Shown: positions 20,364 through 35,505, counted from the stretch's first letter. The stretch is DNA of 64,000 bases from an uncultured Spirochaetota bacterium (GCA_963820525.1 CAWGAA010000003.1:320001-384000), one strand, 5' to 3'. The notes: a model not told the origin generated them from the letters alone. Numbers and translations: made by a program.

Positions 20364-21446
20364 ATGAGCCTGAAACCGAAGACGAGCGTTGAAGCCGCAG
20401 AAGGCAAAGAAGCGGGGGCAGCCGGTGGCCGCAGCGTGCTAGGCGTGGTTCGTGAGGTGATCACACGGCTGGGGCCGGTTATCGCCCTGGTTCTCCTGGG
20501 CGCCTATCTCGCTATTGCGAGCCCGCACTTCCTTAAGACCGACAATATGGTGAACATCACGCGTCAATCCGCCATCACCGCCATTCTGGCCGTGGGTCAG
20601 ACGCTGGTCATACTCACCGGTGGAATCGATCTCTCCGTAGGGGCCGTGGCGGCGATCTCCGCCTCGGCGGCGGCAGTTCTGATGACGCAAAGGTTCGTAT
20701 TCCTCGGGATGGTCATCGGGCCGGTGAGCTTTGTGTTCGGCTTTCTCATCGCTTTCGCCATAGGCGGCCTTGCCGGCGCGATAAACGGTCTCATCATCAC
20801 CAAGGGGCGCATTCCCGATTTCATCGCCACCCTGGGCACGCTGACCATCTTTCAGGGCATCGCCCTTCTCATCACCGGGGGATTGCCCGTGCCGTCGCAC
20901 ATCACGGCCACGGAATTGAAGGGCTACCTGCCTCACCAGATGATATGGATGGGAGCGGGCGACGTTCTCGGCATACCGGTGGCCGGCCTGATCGGCCTTG
21001 CGATCGTCGTGCTCGGCTGGCTGTTGCTGCGCTACACGGTACTCGGAAGGTCGGTATTCGCCGTGGGCGGAAACCGGGAGGCCGCGCGCGTATCGGGGAT
21101 CAACATCGACAGGACGAAGATCGCCGTGTACGTCGTGTCGGGCCTGATTGCGGCGATCGCCGGGGTTGTATTGGCCGGCCGCATGAACTCCTCAAATGCC
21201 CTGATGGCCGGCGAGGAGAACCTCCGGTCCATCGCGGCGGTGGTGATCGGCGGCACCAACCTCTTCGGCGGGGAAGGAGGGGTTTTCGGCTCCACGATCG
21301 GCGCCATCATCATGGGGGTGCTCGGAAACGGTCTCAATCTCCTCAGCGTGAGCGCTTTTTGGCAGCGGATCGTTCAAGGCATGGTCATCATCCTGGTGGT
21401 CATGTTCGATCAGTGGCGCCGCAGGAGTTTCCCGACTTCGAAATGA
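20364..21446 (+). CDS. Sugar ABC transporter permease (RbsC-like)
   Basis: TGGIDLSVG, FAVGGNREAARVSG, IAAVVIGGTNLFGGEG. Confidence 0.93.
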   Translation: MSLKPKTSVEAAEGKEAGAAGGRSVLGVVREVITRLGPVIALVLLGAYLAIASPHFLKTDNMVNITRQSAITAILAVGQTLVILTGGIDLSVGAVAAISASAAAVLMTQRFVFLGMVIGPVSFVFGFLIAFAIGGLAGAINGLIITKGRIPDFIATLGTLTIFQGIALLITGGLPVPSHITATELKGYLPHQMIWMGAGDVLGIPVAGLIGLAIVVLGWLLLRYTVLGRSVFAVGGNREAARVSGINIDRTKIAVYVVSGLIAAIAGVVLAGRMNSSNALMAGEENLRSIAAVVIGGTNLFGGEGGVFGSTIGAIIMGVLGNGLNLLSVSAFWQRIVQGMVIILVVMFDQWRRRSFPTSK

Positions 21447-21467
21447 GGGATGGGGGGTGCATGTGCC

Positions 21468-22499
21468 ATGAACCGCGGTGAAGCGTGCGGGCCCGGGGTC
21501 TGCGTGATCGGGTGCGGAAGGGCCGGGATGATTCACGCGAGGAATTTCGCGAACAGGATCGCGAACGCACGGCTCGTCGCCCTCGCCGACGCGAGAGAGG
21601 AAGCCGTGGAAGAGTCGCGCCGCGAACTGGGCATGGAAACCGCGTACCGGGACTACCGTGACGCGCTCGCCGACCCGAAGGTCGACGCGGCCGTGGTCGC
21701 CAGTCCGACGGCCTTTCACCGGGATATCGTGGTCGCGGCCGCGCGCGCCGGCAAACACGTGTTCTGCGAGAAACCCATGGCCGTGACGGCGCGGGAATGC
21801 GACGACATGATCCGGGCGTGCGACGGGGCGGGCGTGAGGCTGCAGATCGGGTTCATGCGAAGGTTCGACGAGGGCTTTGTCGCGGCGAAGAGCCGTATCG
21901 ACGGCGGGGAGATCGGGGAGGTCGTTCTCGTCAAGTCCCTGACACGAGGCCCGAGCACCCCCCAGGAGTGGATGTACGATGTGCGCGCGAGCAACGGCCC
22001 TCTCGCGGAGGTCAACAGTCACGACATCGACACGCTGAGATGGTTCGCGGGGTGCGAGATAGAGGAGGTGTACGCGCTCGGGGGGAACTTCCGCTGCCCG
22101 GAGGCCGGAGAGCGGTATCCGGATTTCTACGATAATGTCGCGATGGTGTGCAGGTTCGCGGATGGAAAGCAGGGCTTTATCGACGGCGCCGTCTCCGTGG
22201 GGTACGGCTACGATGCCCGCACAGAGATCGTGGGCACGCGCGGCGTGATGTTCGTTGGTCATATGGAGCAGGATTCCGTCGTGGGCTGCTCGATCGACCG
22301 GGGAATTTCCCGGCCGTTCGTGAAGAGTTGGCGCACCCTTTTCGCGGAGGCGTACCTCGCGGAAGACCAGGCCTTCATCGATTGCGTCATCCAGGGCGGG
22401 CAGCCGAGAGCTCGGGGCATCGACGGGAGGATGGCGGTCGCGGTCGTGGAAGCGGGAAACCGCTCGATTGCGGAACGCAGGCCCGTGCGGGTCGGGTGA
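21468..22499 (+). CDS. Gfo/Idh/MocA family oxidoreductase (inositol 2-dehydrogenase-like)
   Basis: IGCGRAG, HVFCEKP, GFMRRFD, HDID. Confidence 0.9.
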   Translation: MNRGEACGPGVCVIGCGRAGMIHARNFANRIANARLVALADAREEAVEESRRELGMETAYRDYRDALADPKVDAAVVASPTAFHRDIVVAAARAGKHVFCEKPMAVTARECDDMIRACDGAGVRLQIGFMRRFDEGFVAAKSRIDGGEIGEVVLVKSLTRGPSTPQEWMYDVRASNGPLAEVNSHDIDTLRWFAGCEIEEVYALGGNFRCPEAGERYPDFYDNVAMVCRFADGKQGFIDGAVSVGYGYDARTEIVGTRGVMFVGHMEQDSVVGCSIDRGISRPFVKSWRTLFAEAYLAEDQAFIDCVIQGGQPRARGIDGRMAVAVVEAGNRSIAERRPVRVG

Positions 22500-22517
22500 A
22501 ATGCAGGAGAGACTGGG

Positions 22518-23582
22518 ATGAGCGCGGAACTCATGCGGGCTGCGCGGCTGTACGGCAAGGAGGACCTGAGGGTAGAGGACGTGCCGGTCCCCGAGGTGTC
22601 CGCCGGCGAGGTCCTCCTTCGCGTGAGGGCGGCCGCCGTGTGCGGAACCGACATACGGATGCTCCGCAATGGCTCGCGCGGCGTGACGGCGCTGAATCCC
22701 CTGATCCCCGGCCACGAGATCGCGGGGGTCATCGAGCGTGTGGGGCCGGGGGTGGCGGGTTACGGGGAGGGCATGCGGGTCGCGGTCGCGCCCAACATGG
22801 GCTGTGGGGTCTGCGACAGGTGCGTCGGCGGCAACACGCAGCTATGCGCCGGTTACAGGGCGCTGGGGATAAGCCTCGATGGTGGATTCGCCGAGTACGT
22901 GAAGGTCCCGCGGGCCGCAGTGCAGCAGGGCAATCTTATCCAGGTCCCCGCCGGCGTGGATTTCGCGGAAGCCGCTCTCGTCGAGCCCCTCTCCTGCGTC
23001 TACAACGCCTTCCTGCGCTGCGCGATATCCCCCGGCGATACGGTGCTCGTCATCGGAGCGGGCCCGATCGGCCTCATGCACGCCAAGCTGGCGCGGATGG
23101 CGGGCGCCGCGTCGGTATTCATGAACGACACGCGGGCGGAGCGGCTCGCCCTGTGTCGGGAAGTGGAACCCTCGATCGTCGCCATCGCGAGCGCCGGCCT
23201 CGCGGAAGAGATCGGGGACAGGACGCAGGGCAGAGGGGTCGACGTATGCATCACCGCGTGCGCGGCGCCCGAAGCGCAGGCGGCGGCCCTCGAGCTCGTC
23301 GCGCTGAACGGAAGGGTCATGTTGTTCGGCGGGCTTCCCGAGGGGAAGAGCGGTGTGACGCTCGACACGAACATCGTGCATTACAGACAGATTTCGATTA
23401 CCGCGACGACGCGCTCCAACCTTGCCCAGTTCCGCAAGGCTCTCGCCCTGGTCGCTTCGGGCCTCGTGAGGGTGCGAGACCTGATCACGGGGAGCTCGAC
23501 GATCGACGGAATCCACTCGTCCTTCGAGCAGGCGATGCAGGGCAGGGGGCTGAAGAACGTCATTCTTTTCCCGGGGCCGTGA
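22518..23582 (+). CDS. Zn-dependent polyol (sorbitol-like) dehydrogenase
   Basis: CGTD, GHE, CGVCDRC..C, GAGPIG. Confidence 0.9.
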   Translation: MSAELMRAARLYGKEDLRVEDVPVPEVSAGEVLLRVRAAAVCGTDIRMLRNGSRGVTALNPLIPGHEIAGVIERVGPGVAGYGEGMRVAVAPNMGCGVCDRCVGGNTQLCAGYRALGISLDGGFAEYVKVPRAAVQQGNLIQVPAGVDFAEAALVEPLSCVYNAFLRCAISPGDTVLVIGAGPIGLMHAKLARMAGAASVFMNDTRAERLALCREVEPSIVAIASAGLAEEIGDRTQGRGVDVCITACAAPEAQAAALELVALNGRVMLFGGLPEGKSGVTLDTNIVHYRQISITATTRSNLAQFRKALALVASGLVRVRDLITGSSTIDGIHSSFEQAMQGRGLKNVILFPGP

Positions 23583-23609
23583 AACAGGCCGCCGCGTCGC
23601 GAGGAAGCC

Positions 23610-25154
23610 GTGGGTGAGAAGCTGCTGATCGGTGTCGACATCGGGACCCAGGGAGTGAAGGCCGCCGTCTTCGACCTTCGAGGGCGGGGCATTCATGAGG
23701 CGCACCGCGCGTCCGACCTTCGCCGCCCCTGCCCCGGCGCGGTCGAGGAGGATCCCGAGCTCCAGGTGAGGTCCGCCTGCGAGGTCATCGCCGAATGCGC
23801 CGCTGCCGTGGCCGCGGGAACCGGCGGGAGCGGGATCTCGGCCGTCGCGATAGACGGCCAGATGGCGGGCGTCATCGGCGTAGGCGAGGACGGGAGAAAT
23901 GTAACCCCCTACGACTCGTGGCTGGACACGCGGTGCGCCCCGTACATCGAGGTAATGAACCGCGAGGCCGGGGCCGCGGTCACGAGAAGGACCGGCGGTC
24001 CTCCGAGCTTCAATCATGGCCCGAAGATCCTGTGGTGGAAGCACGAACGGCCGGAAGTCTTCAAAAGGATTCGGGCTTTCGTTCCGCCGGGCGCGTATGC
24101 AGCGATGCGGCTCTGCGGACTGGACGGGTCCCGGGCGTTCATCGACGGAAGCTACCTGCACTTCTCCGGCTTCGCGGACAACCGCGCCGGCCTCTGGGAT
24201 GGGGACCTCTGCCGGCGCTTCGGCATCGAAGCGGCGGTGCTCCCCCGAATCGTCAGGTCGCATGACGTGGTCGGCGAGCTGTCACCCGCCATGGCCGGCC
24301 GATGCAACCTGCCGTCCGGCGTGCCGGTCGTGGCGGGGTGCGGCGACACCGCCGCGAGCTTCCTTTCCTGCGGCGCCACCCGGCCCGGCATTTGCGTCGA
24401 CGTTTCGGGCACCGCCTCGGTCTTCGCGGGTACGGAAACGGATTTCAGGGTCGACGAAGAAGCCATGGTTCTCAGTTGCGGCCGCTCCGCCGCGCCCGGG
24501 CTCTGGCACCCGTACGCGTATATCAACGGCGGCGGCCTGAACCTGGAGTGGTTCAGGACCGAGATTTCCGCCGGTTTCCGTCCCCCGGATTTCCCGCCGG
24601 TGCCCCTGGACAGGTTGAACGAGATGGCCGCGCAGATCGAGCCGCGGGACGATGACCCGCTTTTCATCCCCCACCTCGGCGGCCGCGTGAGCCCGAGCCG
24701 GCCTGATCTGCGCGGCGCGTGGGTCGGGCTCACCTGGAGCCACGGCCTTGCCCACCTGTATCGTGGAGTTCTCGAGGGCGTCGCCCTCGAATACGGCCTC
24801 TACCTCCGCCGACTGGAGAAGCTCTATGGAGCGGGAAGGATATCGGAAGTGCGCGTGACGGGGGGAGGCGAGAAGAACGCCCTTTGGAACCGCATCAAAG
24901 CGGATGTGCTCGGCGTCCCGATGGTGCAAATTCGCGGGGGAGGGGGTGCTCCGCTCGGGGCGGCCCTTCTGGCGGGCTACGGAGTGGGGCTTCTCCGGGA
25001 TCTCGACGCTGAGGCGCGCCAGTGGATAGAGACCGGCACCGTCACGGAGCCCGATGCCGGGCGCGCTTCCGCGTGTCTGCGCAGGCTCGCGCGCTACGAA
25101 GAGCTCCTGGGATGTCTGGAAAGGCTGAGCGGGAAGGGGTGGGAACAGGGATGA
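23610..25154 (+). CDS. FGGY family carbohydrate kinase (xylulokinase-like)
   Basis: GVDIGTQG, WLDTR, GCGD, VTGGG..W..IKADVLG. Confidence 0.9.
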   Translation: MGEKLLIGVDIGTQGVKAAVFDLRGRGIHEAHRASDLRRPCPGAVEEDPELQVRSACEVIAECAAAVAAGTGGSGISAVAIDGQMAGVIGVGEDGRNVTPYDSWLDTRCAPYIEVMNREAGAAVTRRTGGPPSFNHGPKILWWKHERPEVFKRIRAFVPPGAYAAMRLCGLDGSRAFIDGSYLHFSGFADNRAGLWDGDLCRRFGIEAAVLPRIVRSHDVVGELSPAMAGRCNLPSGVPVVAGCGDTAASFLSCGATRPGICVDVSGTASVFAGTETDFRVDEEAMVLSCGRSAAPGLWHPYAYINGGGLNLEWFRTEISAGFRPPDFPPVPLDRLNEMAAQIEPRDDDPLFIPHLGGRVSPSRPDLRGAWVGLTWSHGLAHLYRGVLEGVALEYGLYLRRLEKLYGAGRISEVRVTGGGEKNALWNRIKADVLGVPMVQIRGGGGAPLGAALLAGYGVGLLRDLDAEARQWIETGTVTEPDAGRASACLRRLARYEELLGCLERLSGKGWEQG

Positions 25155-26107
25155 GCGGGCTCAGGCTTCACCCAGCTCGCAAGCCGACGATGCTCTTCAT
25201 CGGGGTGAGCACGGCGAAGTCGACGATCATGCGGGTCTTTCCCGCGTGGGCCCGCTACCTGGGCTTCGGCGACTGCGAGATCAGGGGGATCGACCTTGCT
25301 CTCCACGACCGTCCCGAGCGTTACCGGGAGGTCGTTCGCTTCATCAGGGACGATCCCCTTACCCTCGGAGCCCTGGTGACGAGCCACAAGATCGATCTCC
25401 TCCACGCGAGCCGCGACATGTTCGACGGCCTCGATGATTTCGCCGTTCTCATGGGGGAGGTCAGCTCGATTGCCAAAAGGGACAGCGCCCTCCTGGGGGC
25501 CGCGAAGGACGCGGTCACCAGCGGACTGGCCCTCGAGGCTTTCCTGCCGAAGGGGCATTGGCAGCGGACGAGGGCCGATGCGTTCCTCATGGGGGCGGGA
25601 GGCTCCAGCGTGGCCCTGAGCTGTTACATCTGCCGTCCCGCGCACGGGTCGAACCGGCCCTGCCGCGTTTTCGTCTCCAACCGAAGCAAACCCCGTCTCG
25701 ACGAGATGAGGGAGATCCACCGCCGGCAGAAGGTCGATGTCCCCATCGAGTACCTGCTGACACCGCTGCCCGAGGATAACGACGAGGCGATGCGGAGACT
25801 CGCGCCGGTCTCCCTCGTCGTGAATGCCACGGGGCTGGGGAAGGACGCTCCGGGATCGCCGATCACCGGCGCCGCGGTCTTTCCCGACGGCGGCCTCGCA
25901 TGGGATTTCAATTACCGGGGCGAGCTGGAATTCCTGCGGCAGGCGGAAATCCAGGCGCAGGCTCGGAGGCTGCACGTCGAGGATGGGTGGCTGTATTTCA
26001 TCCACGGATGGCTCGCCGTCATCGCCGAGGTTTTCGGCCGTGACATACCCTCACAGGGCACGGTCTTCGACGAGCTGTGCCGCATCGCGGAGAGGGAAAG
26101 GAAGTGA
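25151..26107 (+). CDS. Shikimate dehydrogenase-like oxidoreductase
   Basis: LVTSHK, MGAGGS, VVNATGLG, WDFNY, EDGWLY. Confidence 0.75.
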   Translation: MSGLRLHPARKPTMLFIGVSTAKSTIMRVFPAWARYLGFGDCEIRGIDLALHDRPERYREVVRFIRDDPLTLGALVTSHKIDLLHASRDMFDGLDDFAVLMGEVSSIAKRDSALLGAAKDAVTSGLALEAFLPKGHWQRTRADAFLMGAGGSSVALSCYICRPAHGSNRPCRVFVSNRSKPRLDEMREIHRRQKVDVPIEYLLTPLPEDNDEAMRRLAPVSLVVNATGLGKDAPGSPITGAAVFPDGGLAWDFNYRGELEFLRQAEIQAQARRLHVEDGWLYFIHGWLAVIAEVFGRDIPSQGTVFDELCRIAERERK

Positions 26108-26709
26108 AGGAGAAGGAAGCGGGGGAAATGGGGGAGGCCTCGGGGGCAATGATGCCGTTTGCGACGGATCTGGACCTTCTTCACGGGATCATGAAGGATC
26201 CCGAGAGGCACGTGGTGAGGCTTGCTTCGAGCATGCGCGGCTGCTATGCGGACGCCGATGCCCTGGAGGAGTTGATTGCGAAGGGAGATCCCGTGCACTA
26301 CGAGGTTTTCGAAAGGAGAATCCCGGAGGCACGCGGGCATCTCATGTTCTGCATCAGTAAGATTCATGTCGGCGCGGTGGGCGGCGAATGCTTCATGACC
26401 AAGGGCCACTACCACGGAGCGGCGGAAACTGCCGAGATCTATCTCTGCATCAGCGGCGAAGGATACATGATAATGCGGCTGCCGACCGGGGAGTGCGCGT
26501 GGGAACGTTTTCTGCCCGGCAGGCTGGTCTACGTGCCGCCGTTTTGGGGGCACCGGTCGGTGAATACGGGATCGGATCCCCTGGTATCCTTTTGCGTGTA
26601 TCCCGCGGAGGCGGGGCACAACTACGGGGACATCGAAAAGGCGGGATTCCCCGTCCGGGTGTTCAAGCGTGCCGGGCAGATCGAGCTCGTCCGCCTTGGG
26701 GAGGGGTGA
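26104..26709 (+). CDS. Cupin-type glucose-6-phosphate isomerase family protein
   Basis: FMTKGHYH..AEIY..GEG..YVPP.WGHRSVNTG..AGHNY; start uncertain. Confidence 0.85.
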   Translation: MKEKEAGEMGEASGAMMPFATDLDLLHGIMKDPERHVVRLASSMRGCYADADALEELIAKGDPVHYEVFERRIPEARGHLMFCISKIHVGAVGGECFMTKGHYHGAAETAEIYLCISGEGYMIMRLPTGECAWERFLPGRLVYVPPFWGHRSVNTGSDPLVSFCVYPAEAGHNYGDIEKAGFPVRVFKRAGQIELVRLGEG

Positions 26710-26713
26710 CGTC

Positions 26714-27643
26714 ATGAGCAAGATCCTGGTCACGCCGCGCTCCCTGACTAAGGGAGGAGATCCCTCTCTGGGCCTCCTTTGCGCGGCCGGGCACGAGCTG
26801 GTTTTCTGCGCTCCCGGGAAGCAACCCGATGAAGAGGAGCTCATCCGGCTCGTCGGCGGATGCATTGGCTGGATCGCGGGCGTGGAGAGGATCAGCGCGC
26901 GGGTCCTCGATGCGGCAGAGGAGCTGCGGGTGATCAGCCGCAATGGGACGGGAGTGGATGCCATCGATCTCGAGGCGTGCCGCAGGCGCGGCGTGGCGGT
27001 TCTCCGGGCGGAAGGTACGAATTCGCGCGGGGTTGCCGAGCTCACCCTGGGCCTTCTCCTGGCCCTGGCGCGGTCGCTCCCCTTCGGGGATGGGTGCCTG
27101 AAGGCGGGAAGCTGGCAAAGGAGGCTCGGGACCGAGCTCGAGGGGAAGACCCTCGGGATCATCGGCTGCGGCAGGATCGGAAGGATCGTCGCGCGGTTCG
27201 CCCTGGCAATGGAAATGGCGGTGATCGCCCATGATCCTTTTCCGGACACGGCCTTTGTCCCGTCGTCCTCCTTCCGTTTCGCCCCTCTGGATGATCTGTT
27301 CGGCTCGGCCGATTTCATCAGCCTCCACTGTCCGCTGCGGGAAGGGGAGATGCCGCTTATCGGCCGGGAAGCCCTGGCCAGAATGAAGCGAGGCGCGTAT
27401 CTGGTCAATACGGCGCGCGCGGGGCTGGTCGATTCCGACGCCGTCCTCGAAGCGCTTAGAAACGGTCATCTGGCGGGATACGCCGTGGACGTATTCGACT
27501 GCGAGCCGCCGCCGGCGTCCCCCTTGCTCGCGCACGACAGGGTGATCGCCTCACCCCATATCGGGGCCTACACGTTGGAGAGCGTGGCGCGCGCCAGCCG
27601 GCTCGCAGTCGAGAATCTCCTCTCGGCCCTCGGGAGGTTGTGA
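26714..27643 (+). CDS. D-2-hydroxyacid (phosphoglycerate-like) dehydrogenase
   Basis: RNGTGVD, GCGRIG, NTARAG, DVFDCEP, SPHIG. Confidence 0.9.
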   Translation: MSKILVTPRSLTKGGDPSLGLLCAAGHELVFCAPGKQPDEEELIRLVGGCIGWIAGVERISARVLDAAEELRVISRNGTGVDAIDLEACRRRGVAVLRAEGTNSRGVAELTLGLLLALARSLPFGDGCLKAGSWQRRLGTELEGKTLGIIGCGRIGRIVARFALAMEMAVIAHDPFPDTAFVPSSSFRFAPLDDLFGSADFISLHCPLREGEMPLIGREALARMKRGAYLVNTARAGLVDSDAVLEALRNGHLAGYAVDVFDCEPPPASPLLAHDRVIASPHIGAYTLESVARASRLAVENLLSALGRL

Positions 27644-27649
27644 GGGCGA

Positions 27650-28543
27650 ATGATGGAGATCTGTGAGACGAGGGAAGACTTTTCCCTGGAGGAGGCTTTC
27701 AGGGTTTGGACGCCCCGCCGCGGCCGGCTTTTTCTTTGGTGGCTCGGGCAGGCGGGGTTCTTGGTACGCACCGCAGACAGGCGCCTGATCATTGATCCCT
27801 ACCTCTCTGACTTTCTGGCCAGGAAGTATGCGGGGAGCAGATTCCCTCACGCGCGCATGATGCGTGCCCCCGTGGATGCGGCGATGCTCCTCCGCGTGGA
27901 TGCCGTACTCTGCACGCATGCCCACTCGGACCACATGGACCCCGAGACACTGCCCGTGATCGCGCGGCGAAATCCGCAATGCCTGTTCGTCGTGCCGAGG
28001 GCGGAGAGGGATCGGGCGCTCGCCCTCGGGCTGCGCGCAGACCGCCTGGTCGAGCTCTCCGATGGGGAGGCGGTCACGCTGTGGGACGGCCTCGGCGTGG
28101 AGGCGGTCGCGGCGGCGCACGAAGGGCGCTCCCTCGACGCACGGGGCGACGATCGCTACTTCGGGTACATCTTGGACACCGGTCGGCTGCGGCTCTACCA
28201 CTCCGGAGACTGCGTTCCTTACAAGGGTCTCGCCGGCCGCCTGGCGCGCCCGGGGATAGACGCCGCGTTTCTTCCGATCAACGGGAGGGACGAGAGCAGA
28301 CGCCGCGCGGGGATCATGGGGAACTTCGACCTTGCGGAGGCGATGGAGCTGTGCGGGCGCGCGGGCATCCGGGCGCTTCTTTGCCATCATTTCGGGATGT
28401 TCGAGTTCAACACCATCGATGCGGAAGAAGCCCGTCGCCGCCTCGGAGGGACGGAGAGGGAGGTCACGACCTTGTTCGCCCGGATCGGTGTACGGTATAC
28501 AATAGGAGAGAGGCCGGCGCTTGCAACGGGAAAGGAGACGTGA
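27650..28543 (+). CDS. MBL-fold hydrolase (UlaG-like lactonase)
   Basis: WLGQAGF, IDPYLSD, THAHSDHMD, YHSGD. Confidence 0.85.
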   Translation: MMEICETREDFSLEEAFRVWTPRRGRLFLWWLGQAGFLVRTADRRLIIDPYLSDFLARKYAGSRFPHARMMRAPVDAAMLLRVDAVLCTHAHSDHMDPETLPVIARRNPQCLFVVPRAERDRALALGLRADRLVELSDGEAVTLWDGLGVEAVAAAHEGRSLDARGDDRYFGYILDTGRLRLYHSGDCVPYKGLAGRLARPGIDAAFLPINGRDESRRRAGIMGNFDLAEAMELCGRAGIRALLCHHFGMFEFNTIDAEEARRRLGGTEREVTTLFARIGVRYTIGERPALATGKET

Positions 28544-28549
28544 TCGACT

Positions 28550-29344
28550 ATGGCCATGACCGATGGGGCGATATTCGTCGAGGAAAGGAAGATGATGATC
28601 CTCGCGTACATCGAGGAGCATCGCAAGGCGACCGTCGCGGAGCTGTGCGAGCACTTCAGGGTATCCAGCGCGACCATCAGGAACGACCTGCGCGACCTGG
28701 AGAGCGCGGGACGACTCATCAGGACCCACGGCGGGGCCATGGTAAAGTCGAAGACCGGCCTCGAGCAGGACATGAACCAGCGCAAGGTGCAGAACCTTCG
28801 GGATAAAGAGATAAGGAGGATCGCGGAGGCCGCGATCCTCCTTATCGAGGATGGAGACACGATCATACTGGACACCGGTACGACGACCTTCGAGCTTGCC
28901 CGCCTGCTTGGCCAGAAGCAGGACATCACGGTGGTCACCAATGATTTGGCAATCGCGCTCTTTCTTGAGGACTTCGAGTCGGTGAAGGTCCTGTTCATGG
29001 GCGGTATTGTGCGAAAGAAGTTTCACTGCACCGTCACCTACGGGCCATCGTATGGGGAGACCCTGTCGGGCCTTACGGTGGACAAGGCGTTCATGGGCCT
29101 GAACAGCTTCTCACTGGAGAAGGGGGCGAGCACGCCCGACGTGAACCACGCGGAAACCAAGAAACTCATGATGTCGATCGCGGCCAAGGTGATCCTTCTC
29201 TTCGACTCGATCAAGATGGGCCGTAACTCCTTCGCCGTGTTTGCGCCCCTCGACAAGGTCGATGCGATCGTCACCGACTCCATCGGGGATGAGGATCGAC
29301 GGAAGCTGGAGGAAAGCGGCATCGAGGTCGTGACCGCCGGCTGA
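28550..29344 (+). CDS. DeoR/GlpR family regulator
   Basis: VSSATIRNDL, RTHGGA, ILDTGTTT. Confidence 0.93.
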   Translation: MAMTDGAIFVEERKMMILAYIEEHRKATVAELCEHFRVSSATIRNDLRDLESAGRLIRTHGGAMVKSKTGLEQDMNQRKVQNLRDKEIRRIAEAAILLIEDGDTIILDTGTTTFELARLLGQKQDITVVTNDLAIALFLEDFESVKVLFMGGIVRKKFHCTVTYGPSYGETLSGLTVDKAFMGLNSFSLEKGASTPDVNHAETKKLMMSIAAKVILLFDSIKMGRNSFAVFAPLDKVDAIVTDSIGDEDRRKLEESGIEVVTAG

Positions 29345-29446
29345 GATCTCTTGCTAGCCGTGCTGCAGGGCAAGACCGTGGGTATCGATGATCGCGAGGG
29401 CCTCTTGTGGAGAGGCCGCAGCGAACAGGGTCCCGCCGAGGCTTCT

Positions 29447-29722
29447 CACCTGTTCCGTGGCAACCCTCGGGCGGGTCGCGTGCTCCGCTACAAGGAGAGG
29501 GAGATCCTTGATCTCGGTCTTCAGTACGAGGCCGATTCGCTACTATCGAGAGTGTCTTTCACCTCGGGTGCCGCTGGATTTCCTGGGCGGGCTCGCGCTT
29601 TGCGCAGACTACTTCGACTGCCGAATGTATTGCGTGCACCACAATGGCATCGCAACCAGCAGGAATTCGACTTACTGGATCTAATGGGGAAAATGGAAAA
29701 ACGTCGTTTTGCCTATCATCTA
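29447..29722 (+). mobile_element. Non-autonomous mini-derivative of the IS91/ISCR-like element
   Basis: 29447-29494 matches 8889-8936 (1 mismatch) and 29489-29722 matches 15937-16170, joined at a shared TACAAG. Confidence 0.85.
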
Positions 29723-30057
29723 TCATCTCATCTACGGACTCGTACGCACGGTGGTGTTACAGGGAAAGCCCGTGAGGGCTCACCTCTGTCGATTGCTTTG
29801 GGCATGTTTGACAGCGGGTATGCAAGCCCCCGCGGTAACCGTCAAATTAACCGCACCCTCTGCTACTGCGGCCGGGAAGGCGGCTGTCGTTCGCGAGTTC
29901 AGGCCAGCCGCCCCGTTTCGAAGTCCAGCAGTGAGCCTTTGGCGATGCTCCAAGGCAAGAGGAATCGATAGTTTTCTGGATCGTCACTGTCGGGTTACAG
30001 AAGAATCATCGCCTCATCAAATGGGCGGCTCTCGCCCGTCGCGGTGGGACAAAAAAA

Positions 30058-30172
<115 letters not shown>

Positions 30173-30316
30173 AATAATAGACAGAGATGGGTGAAGGATT
30201 GTTTTGCGCTGTCGCGCTGAAAGCGCGCAGCTGGCATGACCCTCTCGGCGTTTGCTCGCGCAAACGCATTGCCCGTGTCGCGCTTCGCGCCGACGCGGGC
30301 GGGAATACTCAAAAAT

Positions 30317-33332
<3,016 letters not shown>

Positions 33333-33736
33333 ATTTTCAAGTATTCCATCTCGTGCGCGTCGGCCGAAGCGCGGTATTCCGCGCGGAGGCGACACGCACA
33401 CGCGGGCTCTGCCCGCGCGTAACCGCGTCAGCGACTTGCGCAGCAAGTCGCGAGAGCGGTCTCCTGCGCGCGCCCCCTCACGGAGCCGCGCAAGTTCCAA
33501 GCCACGCCGCCTATGCCGAGACGTCGTGACTCTCTAGCAGCACGCTCAGGCCAACCGGTAATCCGTTGGCGTCGCCGCAGGGCGGTACTTCCGCCCAAGG
33601 GACACCAACTTGCCTGGCGCGCTGCCGCGGCTCCGGCCCTTGGGCCGACGCCGCAGTACTGCTTCCCCGTCTCTCAGGCCAACGGTTCCACAGTATCCTT
33701 CACCCTTCCCTAATGTGTGTCAAAGATCACGTACTC

Positions 33737-33809
33737 TGGAGGTAAGGGGACTTGAACCCCTGACCTATGGCTTGCAAAGCCACCGCTCTAGCCACTGAGC
33801 TATACCCCC
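33737..33809 (-). tRNA. tRNA-Ala(TGC), CCA not encoded
   Basis: Cloverleaf GGGGGTA..TTGCAA..GTTCAAGTC..TACCTCCA with G3-U70. Confidence 0.96.
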
Positions 33810-33949
33810 AGGTAATTGTGCGAACTATGAGGAAAGGGAAGGGAGATGGAGGAACGGGTCGACTCAAGCCCTCTCGCTGTCCCGCTTGCGCGGGCCAGCT
33901 GCCGGGCTTTCGCCTTTCGCGTATTCGCTTCCGCGAATACGCTAGTACT

Positions 33950-35505
<1,556 letters not shown>

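Noticed and set aside
29351..29970. Weak similarity between 29351-29390 and 29939-29970 as a duplicated target
   Set aside because: Too short and gapped to distinguish from chance.
29351..29971. 206-aa ORF, and 142-aa ORF 16000-16428, with shared sequence
   Set aside because: Their similarity comes from the non-coding 234-bp transposon end; no protein family recognised.
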